NCBI GenBank assembly: GCA_046563655.1
Contig: CM102283.1
Coordinates: 372,001-436,000, forward strand
Source: Yuukianura sp. NJ FZ-2021
Lineage: Eukaryota
Reading direction: 5' to 3'
DNA: 64,000 nucleotides
The notes beneath the pieces were generated by a model, which did not search any database, was not told where the DNA came from, and saw nothing but the letters and a program-made list of their open reading frames with translations. Made by a program: the position numbers and the translations under genes. Positions 44,970 through 55,660 of the stretch are shown piece by piece; the first letter of the stretch is position 1, and every line of letters starts with the position of its first letter.

Positions 44970-46148
44970 TGTTGGAGTTCTAAGCGAACTCCTTTTTGAA
45001 ATTCGGTGGAAAAAAGAATCGGGCGAAAACAACAAGATGAGATTTTTTGGGGCTTTCGCCCTTTTATTATAAAAGAAAAAAACTGAGAAAATGTTGGGGA
45101 CAATTTGGTGTTTCGATTGGTGTGAGAATCAGACTCTGATGACTACTTGTTTGCAAGAGAGCAGAAAACTGACTGAGGTTGGTGGGGCAGGAGAGTCTTG
45201 ACATGGGCTGCTGAGTGACCTTGGTCACTCGTGAGTCCATGAACACAAAATGCCTCACCTTGTGACATGGACCATGTCACAAGGCATGGCACTAAGACAG
45301 GCTTTGGAGCCTGTAAGACTCAGGAGGAAGGAAATGGAATTTTAATTTAATTAACTGGAGGGGTTGACCAAGGTCGAGCGGTTGTTGGCTTGACCTTGTC
45401 AATTCCTCCAACACTCCCGGCCCTTGGTGGATTGAAGATCCACCAAGAATTTTTTGAAAACTAATGTGGAAATGGAAAATGAATTTTGAAATGGAATAAA
45501 GATTGAAATTGGAAATGGAAATGGAGTGTTGGAGAAAAGGCCAACCAGTGGAAAGGAAAATTGTAATTTTGTGAATTTGTAAATAATTAATTAGGTAAAT
45601 TTAAAGTAAATTTAGAGTTACGTTACTCGAATGGGAAAATGAAAAGAAAACTTAAAGTTATGGTGACGTGTTGGAGGTTGAGCTTAGGCGTCTTCGGTTG
45701 CTTCGGAGTCGGAGTGACCTTGACCTTGGCTGTTGGATTGGAATTGGTGGAGAGTGTCGTGGTGAGGTTGATTGCAGTGTCTGCAGAAGACCTTGTAGAA
45801 GCATTCTGCAGTGGTGTGTCCGTGGCGGAGGCACAAATTGCACAATTTGCATTTGTGCACAAATGACCATTTCTCATTAAGAGAAAGATTTTGAAATTGT
45901 GGACAGTGGAAGAGGCGGTGTTCTCCAGAACACTTTGGACATTTGGTTGGTGGTTTGCCTTTGGTGGCATGGTGAGTCGTTGAACTCTTCGGTGCTCCCG
46001 AATTGGCGGTGACCTTGGGTGGCTCTGAAAGAGCACTGGCACGGTGTTCCAGGAAGTCCAGGAATGCGGAGAGAGTTGGGAGGTCGTCATCGTTCTCGGA
46101 GAGAAGTGATGAGGGCTGTAAGCCACTACTGCCTGCCGCAAATCTCAA
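44970..46148 (-). mobile_element. Truncated BEL-type element: Gag-like zinc-knuckle ORF fragment (45684-46148) and 3' LTR (44970-45413)
   Basis: LPTLSAFLDFLEHRA followed by CPKC...H, CNLCL..GH...C and CRHC...HHDTLH; LTR-like tgttggag...ctccaaca preceded on the minus strand by gggccgggag. Confidence 0.75.
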
Positions 46149-46176
46149 GTTGCCCCAGGTATTTATGACTGGATGG

Positions 46177-46306
46177 CAAAAAATGCAGAATGCTTTTTTG
46201 CCATCGTGTCAAAAAACGCAGAATGCTTTTTTGCCATCGTGTCAAAAAATGCAGAATGCTTTTTTGTCGTCGTGTCAAAAAATGCAGAATGCTTTTTTGC
46301 CATCGA
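46177..46306. repeat. 39-bp tandem repeat, about 3.3 copies
   Basis: caaaaaatgcagaatgcttttttgccatcgtgt units. Confidence 0.85.
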
Positions 46307-46334
46307 AAAAATTAAGTCCATATTCCATTTAAAC

Positions 46335-46575
46335 TTAAAAAAAGTTAGGTTCCTACTCTATTTAAACTCCTCGCATAATCAAGCATTCTTCTCTCACGGA
46401 TGGCTCAACTTGTTGCTCTCTGCTCTTTAAGTCATTGTCTCATTCCACCTTCTGCAGAATGGTGGAAATGGAACAGTGACTCAAGGAGCAGAGAGCAACA
46501 AGTTGAGGCATCCGTGAGAGAAGAATGCTTGACTATACGAAGAGTTTAAATAGAGTAGGAACCTAACTTTTTTAA
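46335..46575. mobile_element. Palindromic MITE (about 240 bp) with TTAA at both ends
   Basis: Near-perfect palindrome centred on ctgcag (46452-46457): aagttaggttcctactctatttaaactc / gagtttaaatagagtaggaacctaactt. Confidence 0.8.
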
Positions 46576-46894
46576 TTTTTTTTTTATTACGGCTACTGGG
46601 AATCGACGCCAGGCTCCCTCGATTTGATGCCACCACATTATCGATTGCGCTAATCCACTCACCATTGTTTAATTCAAAGTAAATTCAATATATACTCTGA
46701 AATAATCAAAATGTTCATGTAAAACAGGGTTTGAAACAAAAACGTTTTTAACATTAGAAACTGTATATATCATAAAAGCTCGGCTTGAATTCCTTCCCGG
46801 TTATCGTATTGCAGACTAATAGTCATATTGATCATAGTTCGAAATTCAGCCTTCAGTGATCTTTCTTAAGCCAAACTGAAAACATCTATCTACA

Positions 46895-47383
46895 ATGCGG
46901 CAGAGGTACGTGTTTAATCACGAACACTACTACAATACTTTGAGGGACCAAATTGGCCACGGAATTCCTGTGTTTCATGGGGTACGACAGAGAGGAGGAG
47001 GCATTGGTTCCATCCTAGGAGGAATAGCAAAATACGCTTTGCCTATAATCATAAAGTGGATTATGCCCCATGCAAAGGAAGCAGCAGTAAAAACTGTGAG
47101 TGGGATTGCGAAAGGACGTCAGTCAGTAAAGCACGCTCTGAAGGAAAACAGCCTCGGATTTTTGAAAAACGTTGGTGCCGATCTTTTGAAATCAGCAGTT
47201 GGATCTCAAACAGGGAAAGGCGTGGGAGTTAAACGGAAGCGTACATATACGAAACGGAAGCCATCCAGGGGAAGAAACAAAGCGTCAAAAAAATCCAAGA
47301 AACCGAAGGCATCGAAAAAGAGAAAGGCTTCAACGAAGGCAACAAAGACTGCAAAGAGAACCAAATTGGATATATTTGCATAA
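46895..47383 (+). CDS. Polinton conserved basic protein (core/pVII-like)
   Basis: QRGGGIGSILGG motif, QTGKG, Lys/Arg-rich tail ending DIF; immediately upstream of the MCP. Confidence 0.75.
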   Translation: MRQRYVFNHEHYYNTLRDQIGHGIPVFHGVRQRGGGIGSILGGIAKYALPIIIKWIMPHAKEAAVKTVSGIAKGRQSVKHALKENSLGFLKNVGADLLKSAVGSQTGKGVGVKRKRTYTKRKPSRGRNKASKKSKKPKASKKRKASTKATKTAKRTKLDIFA

Positions 47384-48679
47384 TGTCGCTACTACAATCT
47401 CGATCTAAACCAGCCCTTCGTGGAGAAGTTGATCTGTTCTCAATCCCATCAACAGACACAGCTTGTGACTATAGTATGTACGAAAAGTATCAGCCAGTAG
47501 TAAACGTTCAGGACGCTTCAAACAAAATCGAATTCAAGATTCCAGGAAATAGTAACCATTATCTGGATTTGACTGACAGCTTCCTACGGATCAAGCTAAA
47601 AGTGACGCAGAAAGCCGGTGCGAACCTAGGTAATGATTCGACAGTTGGTACCGTGAACTTATTTATGCACACGCTCTTCTCACAACTGGACATTTACTTC
47701 AATGAAAAACTAGTGTCCACAAGTAACAATGGCTACTCATATCGTGCTTAAATAGAAACATTACTTTGTTATGGAAAAGACTACAAAAGTTCTCAAGGTG
47801 GGTGTGCTTTGTACTACGAAGATACAGTTGGAGGAATTGCGGACTCGACAAACACTGGATGGGAAAAGCGAAGAAGCTACATCAGCGAATCCAAAGCGGT
47901 GGAACTGATCGACAAATGGAGATTTAACCTAGCAAATCAACATCGCTACATATTGAATGACGTGAATGTTCGTATTTGTCTGACGAGATCTTCCGATGCA
48001 TTTGCCCTTTTCTCCAAAGCGAAGGGGGAGGAAGGCGTAATCAAATTCTTATCTGCAACGTACTACATCAGAAAACAACTGCCATTTCCAAGCATTATCT
48101 TGGCTCATCAGAGACTTTTAGAAAAAGGTGAAATTGCACAGTACCCTTTCAAATCCACCGAAGTAAAATACTTTACCATTGCTCAAGGAAATTCATCTGC
48201 CCTCGAAGAAAACCTTTTTTCAAATAACTGTCCCAATCGGATTATAATAGGATTTGTAGATAGCCTGGCTTTCAACGGAGATTTCAATTCCAATCCGTTT
48301 CGCCCATTACAACATTAAGTCCATTTCGATTTCAGTCAACAATGTGTCTATCCCTATACGACCGTTATCCTTAGACTTTCACAACAACGAATGTCTTTTG
48401 GCATACTATCTTTTATTTACGAGCACTGGAATTGCTGGGCACGACGTTGGACTCTCCTTCGCACGTGACGATTACAAAGAAAGCAACGCGCTGTTTACAT
48501 TTGACATTCTTCAGCCCACAGGGAACGACGCATTGCTTCATTTGGAGAAATCTGGAAGTGTGAAAATTGAAGTCCAGTTTGCCTCAGCATTAGACAAATC
48601 AATACATTGTGTCATACTTTCGGAACAACAAGGTGTCTTGGAGATTGACAAATACCGACAAGCAGTCATCGCACAATGA
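47383..48679 (+). pseudogene. Polinton major capsid protein (double jelly-roll, PY/hexon-like)
   Basis: EVDLFSIP, IEFKIPG...YLDL, NLFMHTLFSQ, YRA*IETLL (stop 47749-47751), PNRIIIGFV...AFNG...NPF, frameshift at about 48300, LEIDKYR. Confidence 0.9.
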
Positions 48680-49236
48680 ATACCACCGAAATCTTGGAAA
48701 TTCTGAATAATAATCTCAAGGAATCATATCAAACTGCAGTTCTACCATCTGACAAGTTAGGGGTTATTAAATCTGATCAGTTTGCTATTGTTGTAAATTC
48801 GCAAAGTTCAAAGGAACCAGGAATGCATTGGATCAGTATGTTTAAAAAGCGTGGAGGCAAGGAGGTAGAGTTTTTCGACAGCTGCGCAATGCCGATAGAG
48901 TTTTACAGCCCCAGCTTTGTCAGTTTCCTTTACTCAAAATCTGACGTCATTCGATTGAGTAATCTCAGAGTACAACCGGGGCATAGTGATGCGTGCGGAC
49001 AGTTTGCACTATATTACTTGTTACACAGAGTCAGGGGAGAATCGTTTGAAAAGATTCTGAGCAAGTTTGACGAATTTCATCTAGATATAAACGACACTAT
49101 TGTTAGAGATTTCGTATCAATGAATTTGCAACACGATAGTGAGACAAGTTTGAGAGTGGTTAGTCAAAACTTAGAAGCAGGCAAAATTATTCAGTGTTGC
49201 GAAATTTTAGGAGTTCTACTCAGCATGTCAATCTAA
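48676..49236 (+). CDS. Adenain-like cysteine protease
   Basis: IVVN...PGMHW, EFFDS, Q...ACGQFALYYL: His/Asp/Cys triad and oxyanion Gln. Confidence 0.9.
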   Translation: MNTTEILEILNNNLKESYQTAVLPSDKLGVIKSDQFAIVVNSQSSKEPGMHWISMFKKRGGKEVEFFDSCAMPIEFYSPSFVSFLYSKSDVIRLSNLRVQPGHSDACGQFALYYLLHRVRGESFEKILSKFDEFHLDINDTIVRDFVSMNLQHDSETSLRVVSQNLEAGKIIQCCEILGVLLSMSI

Positions 49237-49307
49237 GTTTGTTGTAGACGTAATTCATTTAACCCAATTATATTCTTTGTAAGGCTTTCTTATTGTATTA
49301 AAGAAAA

Positions 49308-50237
49308 ATGAAATCGGACATCCAAGTGTCATACAAGCGAATTGGAAGCTCTGGTTATTTGGGCGGCAAGAAGCATTTGAGTAAGTTAAACGGCATTTCG
49401 GAATCTTCCGCATTGAAGTTCTTACAAAGTCAAGATTCTTACACACGTCATAAAGGCCGAAGGTGCAAATTTCGTAGAAGGCGAGTAATATCTCCTGGCT
49501 TAAACTATCTTTGGCAGGCTGATATTGTTTTCTTGCCAAAGTACACTGATGAAAACGATGGCTACTCTTGTCTTCTAACAGCAATTGATGTCCTGTCAAA
49601 GTATGCATTTGCTGTGCCCATGAAATCAAAGAAAACTAGCGAAGTTATCCAAGCATTTAAAAGTATCATCTCTTCGGGGAAGGGGCGGCCCGTAACGCTA
49701 GAATGTGATCAAGGTTTAGAATTTTGGTCAGCTGCATTCCAGTAGTGGGCAAAGTCTCTTGGTATATTGATGTACAATAACTTTTCAGACTTTGGCTCAT
49801 CCGTTATTGAAAGGTTTAACAGAACAATATGCACGGCTATTTCAAGACATCTTACTGAAAGTGGTCAAGCGAGATACATTGAAGCCCTGCCTTCTCTATT
49901 GAAGACGTATAACAGCAAAATACATTCGCGAACGAAAGTGGCGCCATGCAACGTTAACAAATACAATGAAATGGACGTCTGGTTGGAATCTTATAAGGAC
50001 TTGTATTCAAAACCTATATCAAAAGCAAGTCTTAAACTATACGATCGCGTTCGCCTTGATAAAACGAAACACATATTCGGCAAGGGTTATTGGCCTGCTT
50101 TTACGAGCGAAATTTTTGAAGTCTCTGAAGTCATCAATTCCATTCCCGTGACGTACCGTGTTAGGGATCTTTCCGGTGAGCAAATTTCTGGGATCTATTA
50201 CAGTCAAGACCTCAGCAAGATAAGTTCAAAAGAGTGA
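49308..50237 (+). pseudogene. Polinton retroviral-type integrase with one premature stop (49743-49745)
   Basis: WQADI, LLTAIDVLSKYA, CDQGLEF, IERFNRT, FGKGY..FTSEIF, PVTY..DLSGE.I.G.YY. Confidence 0.9.
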
Positions 50238-50238
50238 A

Positions 50239-50983
50239 ATGGGATTCTATATTACATTACCGTCGAACGGCTCACGTTATTTTTCTGACAATCGAACAAG
50301 TAACTACAGGATTAAACTTCCGTCAAAAATCAAACTTGAGCCTTCCTTATATGAGGTCGGGCTAACTGAGTTGACTTATGTGTGCTCCATAAAAACTCTA
50401 ACCGGAGCTGAGAAAGACAATCTCATTGAGTATAATGGGGCGAAGACTGCCGGGAAAGTAGAGCTTCCTTTACTTCATTACAGTACCGTGGAGCATTTAG
50501 TTCACACGGTCAACGCATCTTTTGTAAAGCACAGCGTCCCTTCCAACTTGAAGTACTACGAAACAAGGTGCTGTGATCCTGGAAGTAGAAGCCGGATTTA
50601 GTATCGAAATAAGTGAGAAACTTTCCTACATTTTGGGATTTAACGGTACGCTTGAATTTAATTCAAATCAGCAAAATACCTACTTCATAGCCGATTTTCC
50701 ACCGGATATACTCGGAGGGCGATATCACATGTTTCTATACTGTGACATAATAGAGTCTCAAGTCGTTGGATCTTCCCTTGTCCCTCTGCTTCGTATGGTA
50801 AACATAATTGGAAACGAAGGACAAGCAGTCACTCAAACTTTCGCTCATCCGTTTTATCTTCCGATTTCAAGAACCGAGTTTGACATCATCTCTATTGTAC
50901 TGTGCGACGAGTTTGGGGAGGAGTTACCAATTGACAAAGGTCAAGTGACTTTAACTCTACATTTTAAGAAGATATCAACCTAA
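50239..50983 (+). pseudogene. Polinton minor capsid protein (penton-like, PX), frameshifted at about 50570
   Basis: FYITLPSN..F..N, YEVGLTEL, FLYCDIIESQVVGSSLVPLLR, I.L.DEFGE, VTLTLHFK. Confidence 0.88.
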
Positions 50984-51717
50984 TGGAAAACAATACGTAC
51001 GATTTCGATCAAATTCAACTCAAACATCCATTCACATTTATTGTTGCGGGTGGCACCATGTCTGGAAAAACAACATTTGTTTGCAAGATAATTCAAAACC
51101 TCGACATGATGGTGTCACCTAGAATCGATGACGTAATTATTTTCTATAAGGTATATCAAAGCGGCTATGACGTCATGAAGTCAATGGACGCTAGAGTTAG
51201 ATGTATAGAGGAACTAAAGTTGGACGAAGTCTACGCCAAAAATACATTGCTAGTGATCGATGACCAAATGGCAGATTCATTAAAAGACAAGTCTGTCCAA
51301 GAACTTTTCACTTGCGGCGTGCATCATAGGTACGGCAAAAATCAGTTTGGAAATGTAAATCTGGAACGATGAATTTGCATAGAATTGACAAAACGTTTTT
51401 TTTTAAATTTCAGGTCAATATCCGTCATCTTCCTTTCGCAAAATTTGCTGCCGCAAGGAAAATATGCAAGAGATATTTGTCTCAATACACATTACATGAC
51501 GATTTGCAAGACCCCCTCATTTCCTTCACAAGTGATGTACCTCAGTAGACAACTCAATCCAAGGAAGCCAAGTGCAATTTTAACCGCTTACGAGGAGGCA
51601 ACACGACAGCCGTATTCATACTTGTTTCTAAATTTGCACCCTAGTTGCCACGATAATTTACGAATACAGTCCGGAATTCTTCCAAAAGAAGAGCATATTA
51701 TTTACTTACCAAGTTAA
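50983..51717 (+). CDS. Packaging ATPase (FtsK/A32-like), two exons 50983-51329 and 51414-51717
   Basis: HPFTFIVAGGTMSGKTT (Walker A), LLVIDDQM (Walker B), GVHHR|SISVIFLSQN restored by an 84-nt GT-AG intron, PYSYLFL. Confidence 0.9.
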
Positions 51718-51731
51718 GTGTTTCCTTTACA

Positions 51732-52079
51732 ATGACAAACCGCTTAGTTTGAAACAATACGTTCCTCGAAAAGGTTAAAAAGTGTAAAGCTGTGCGCCGA
51801 AAAAAGTTAATAAAAAAGGCGTCAAAAGACAACATTGAAGCATTGTCCGAAATTGCTCTAAACACGTTAATAGGTAATGTGCCATTAACTAAACAACACA
51901 AACATAAACTCAAACGGCACAGGAGTTGTATTCGAAATCTTGCCAAAAAGTTCTCCATTAAAAAAAAGAAGGAGTTCTTAATACAGAAAGGTGGATTTAT
52001 TCCATTGTTGGTGACACCAGCATTGTCTATACTTGGCGGCCTTGCTGCGAACGCATTAAGTCATCTTGTAGGTTTATAA
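51732..52079 (+). pseudogene. Polinton small basic protein with hydrophobic C-terminus (early stop at codon 7)
   Basis: EIALNTLIGNVPLT...KL, QKGGFIPLL followed by an amphipathic tail. Confidence 0.7.
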
Positions 52080-52917
52080 TGTCCAAAAAAATGAAATTGA
52101 TACCACATCTGGAGTACGAAAAACTTGTTGCAATTCAACGAGCTCCTCAGCTTTTACATAAATCTACATCAGTTCAACTATTCGACAGGAATACTATTGA
52201 ACAAGATTCTTGTTCAATAGTATGGTGAAGGGACTCCACACAAACTTTTCGGCTCTAATGAACACTCCACTTCAGGTTGAAATTTCTAAACCAGCAACAC
52301 TCCCTCCGACACCCAAAAGTTCAAGATCGGACCCTGCAAAAACTGTTAACCGAGATGCGGAAACCGCCGTAGACTAGGCTTTATTCAACACTCACCCAGC
52401 TAAGTTCCTACCAAAAAAGTATCAGATGCCCGGCTTGAAAATAATGCAGGTTCTTTCTACATCTGCATTTAATGACATATCCTGGGATGAGTCAGGACAA
52501 GTGTTCTTTAAGGGTGTAGCCAGAAGTGGGGCCAATATTATTGAATTACTGACATATGTTTTGAAGCCTCCGGCAAAGGTCACTCCACCAAAAGGAATTC
52601 GAACATTTATTTATATTTTGAAGAAAGTTCATATACCAAAGGAATTGCTTGGAATTCATATACGAAGCAAACTAAATTTGACTACGATAGCACTTCTTGC
52701 ACAAAATACTCCAATGGTTGGACAACCTTTGGAAGAAGCCGACGAAGAGGAAGAGGATGAGGAGGTGGAAGAAGAGGAGGAGGCTGAACAGGAGGAGGAT
52801 GGGGTGGAAGATGATGATAACGAGGAAGAGGATCCTCCACGAGACGACGGGGATGCATCAGGTGATGATTATCAAGCGCCAGTGGCCAAGTCATCTGCTG
52901 CTTGGAGCTTCTACTAA
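52079..52917 (+). pseudogene. Polinton conserved protein of unknown function with acidic tail, disrupted
   Basis: MSKKMKLIP start; ISWDESGQVFFKG...GANIIELL...PKG...F...L...IPKELLG motif; Glu/Asp tract; stops and frameshift in the 5' half. Confidence 0.65.
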
Positions 52918-52948
52918 TCAGTCTTTTGTTTTAGCTTCGAGGCAAACA

Positions 52949-53641
52949 ATGTCGGAAAGTGAACCAGTCGTTAGAGTAGAAGTGGTTAACATGCCTCTTG
53001 TGGTGTCGACAAACGAAGGACCTGATTTCGAAGAGTTCGTAACCCTTGAAAGCAGACTATCCAGCTTCAATTCATCTGTAATACATTGCTTTCCTCCGGT
53101 CGAGAATCTAGCCACGGCTGGCTTCTTCTACACAGAGTTTAGGACGCCGTAATATGTTTTTATTGTGGACTATGTTTAAGTTGTTGGAGTGAGCACGACT
53201 CACCATGGTTAGAACATCGTATTCATTCTCCAAACTGTGCGTATCTAATCCTACAGCACCCAATCACAAATGTAATCAATAAACTATTACTGAAGTAAAT
53301 ATTTATTCACAACTACATAATTTTTTGGAAATTTATTTTTTAGACTTCGTCAACAACAGATCTCTGTGACATGACCCCGGGTGATAGCATCGAAACAGGT
53401 TCAAAATACAAATAAAATTGATGTGAGTTAAATGAATCCACTGTTCTAAAGTACGTTTTTATGCATAGAATTGAACAAGCTGAAGTCCATTATGCAGTGC
53501 AAGATTTGCATGACACGTCAGGCCTCCTATATGTACGCTCCGTGCTGTCACATGGCAACATGCCTGGAATGCTGTACCACCCAATCAAAATGTCCTATAT
53601 GTCGTTATGCAATAAGTCTGATCATTAAAGTTTTCATTTAA
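52949..53641 (+). pseudogene. iap: Inhibitor of apoptosis (one BIR plus RING), three exons 52949-53271, 53344-53398 and 53469-53641, one frameshift at about 53140
   Basis: RLSSF...LATAGFFY / DAVICFYC...W...DSPWLEHRIHSPNC (BIR, CX2CX16HX6C); CKIC...PCCHMATCLEC...CPICR...KVFI* (IAP-type RING). Both introns are GT-AG and frame-preserving. Confidence 0.85.
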
Positions 53642-53721
53642 AATTAGGACAATAGCTATGAAAGTAACAAGAAATGACAGCATATGCTTTGTATCAAATC
53701 AACAACAAATAGATAATAGAT

Positions 53722-54560
53722 TTATTGTTTATCTAATAAGTAATGACCGTATGGTAGAGTGGAAATTCCGTCGTCAAAAATATAACGTTTAGAATCAAAC
53801 GCATGCAGTGCGGCTTTAGTTGTTTCGATATTATAAATCTTGTGTTTGTAGGAGCGCATTGAGTTTGTTGTACATGATAAAATTTGCTGTTTTAATAAAA
53901 CCTGCTCCAACATTGCAAACGATATTGACCTTTGCTGTATTCTCTGTGGTATTCCTTTCATGGCACATTTCTTAAAAGACGCTGCATCGTAGTCTTCACC
54001 TACGAAACAGTAGGACTTCGGAGCAACTCCAACAAACTTTGTAAGTATCCGGCCTTTAACCTCGTCTTTCATTTTCCCCGTGACTCCAGCGTTTACTGTT
54101 GAATAATGCGGATGGGATGTGGGCAAGTTGCTTGTATCAAACAGCTCCAAGTCTGCTTCAATGTCTTTGTATATGTCGGAGGTACGAATCACATATGCAA
54201 GGCTGTCAGTGTCGGTCATCAGTAGTTTTGCATTTGAACCCCATTTTGACTTAACATAGTCATAATGGAAACGGGCCATATGTAGTTTGCTTAATTCCAG
54301 AACGGAGAACCCGGTGTAAATAGCTTTGTTAAGAGTTACGCAGGACTTCTGCATTCTGAAGCATGCTAAGTTTTTGCTCAAGATGTCGTGAGACAAAAAT
54401 TGAGATTTTCATATGAGTCTGGCAGCGGTTTTACGGTCGTTCACGACTCTGACGTTCATTCGTTTCCTCACAGATTCCATGCCCTTCCCAAACACTGCAT
54501 TTACGCATAGCTTGTAGAACATCTTCTGAAACTCATTTGATGCATTTCGTCTATGTTATT
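53722..54560 (-). pseudogene. Protein-primed family B DNA polymerase, C-terminal fragment
   Basis: FYKLCVNAVFGKGMESVRKR (motif B), stop at about 54410, IYTGFSVLELSK, TDTDS (motif C), GKMKDE, KSY, DSKRY...TLPYGHY. Confidence 0.92.
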
Positions 54561-55592
54561 TCGATATATTTCGTTATCAAAAAATATTGACTGCCAATTG
54601 CATTTGTAGAACAATTTTAAACATTGTTTTCTAATTTTTAAAAACGTTTTTAATAGGAACCTGTCAGCTGCACTCCCTCTCGAGGATTTTGATAAGCAAG
54701 AAAAATTCGAAGAAAAAGGTTGCTGAATCATGAAGCACAAATACTTCCTTCCTATTTTTATATTTGACATTATTTCGTATTTTATTTTAGTCTTTTAAGA
54801 ATTGAAAATTGATTTGAGTTGTTTTTTTAAATTAGTTTTTATAATTTTTATTAGAATGTTAAGAAATTTTATATATTTTAAATTGAATTTTACAATAAAT
54901 AGTAATAAGCGTAATGTACAGGGATCAGACATATTTAGTTCCCATGCCCGTAATGTTAACAAAAAAAATATTTGCGGGGTTTTCGTTGCTAAATTTTTAT
55001 TTATTTTCCCACGGCGGGCGACTTTTTAAAAATATAGTTTTTCGTCAATACTTCGAGGGGTTTTAGCACATATTTTTGACAACGCTGGTAATGTAATAAA
55101 TGTTTAAGGCATAACTCAAAAAACTGAAAGTATATTTTTGGAGTGATTTAGAATGTAGATTGGGCGTGGTTGTTTTTGTTTGTTGCAGTTGCCAAGATTG
55201 GTTCAGTTTGGAAGCAAAGGTAGCCAGCGGCTGAATTGCAGAATGCAGACCCCCTTGACCTTTGTGCCATGGGGCAGGGCCTATCACGGCCACGCTCCAA
55301 CTAAGGAAGTACTTTCCAGCATGACTTGTGCTGACAGGATTCACACTGCGTCCAATTGATTGTGATTTGCATGCGCAGAATGGAATTGGATCTGAGATTG
55401 GATTCATTCACTATCAATCGATGTGTCAGGTGGAAGCCATTCACCTTCTGCTTTACTTGGACATACTTTATGTCTCCTTCCAAAACTGCATCTACAGCAT
55501 AAAAAACCCTGCATTTCACAGGAACATACTGGACTCGGAACAAACTTCGGCAGAACAATGCACCTCAACCAACAACAGGATCATAGTTAACA

Positions 55593-55629
55593 TTATTAAA
55601 TAGCGAAAGCTATTTAATAATCTTATTCA

Positions 55630-55660
<31 letters not shown>

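Larger units (their letters stand above)
46895..54560. mobile_element. Decayed Polinton/Maverick (adintovirus-like endogenous dsDNA virus); TIRs and most of PolB not found
   Basis: Cluster of MCP, cysteine protease, rve integrase, minor capsid, packaging ATPase and pPolB with stop-start overlaps; several nonsense and frameshift lesions. Confidence 0.95.

Noticed and set aside
46588-46660. tRNA-like sequence on the minus strand
   Set aside because: Degenerate boxes and stems; possibly a SINE remnant, not a tRNA gene.
46160-46894. Candidate left terminal inverted repeat of the Polinton
   Set aside because: No matching inverted sequence found beyond PolB and no typical AG-repeat terminus or 6-bp TSD seen.
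55063-55603. Coding-like segment next to the PolB fragment
   Set aside because: No recognisable motif in any frame; cannot be tied to the Polinton.
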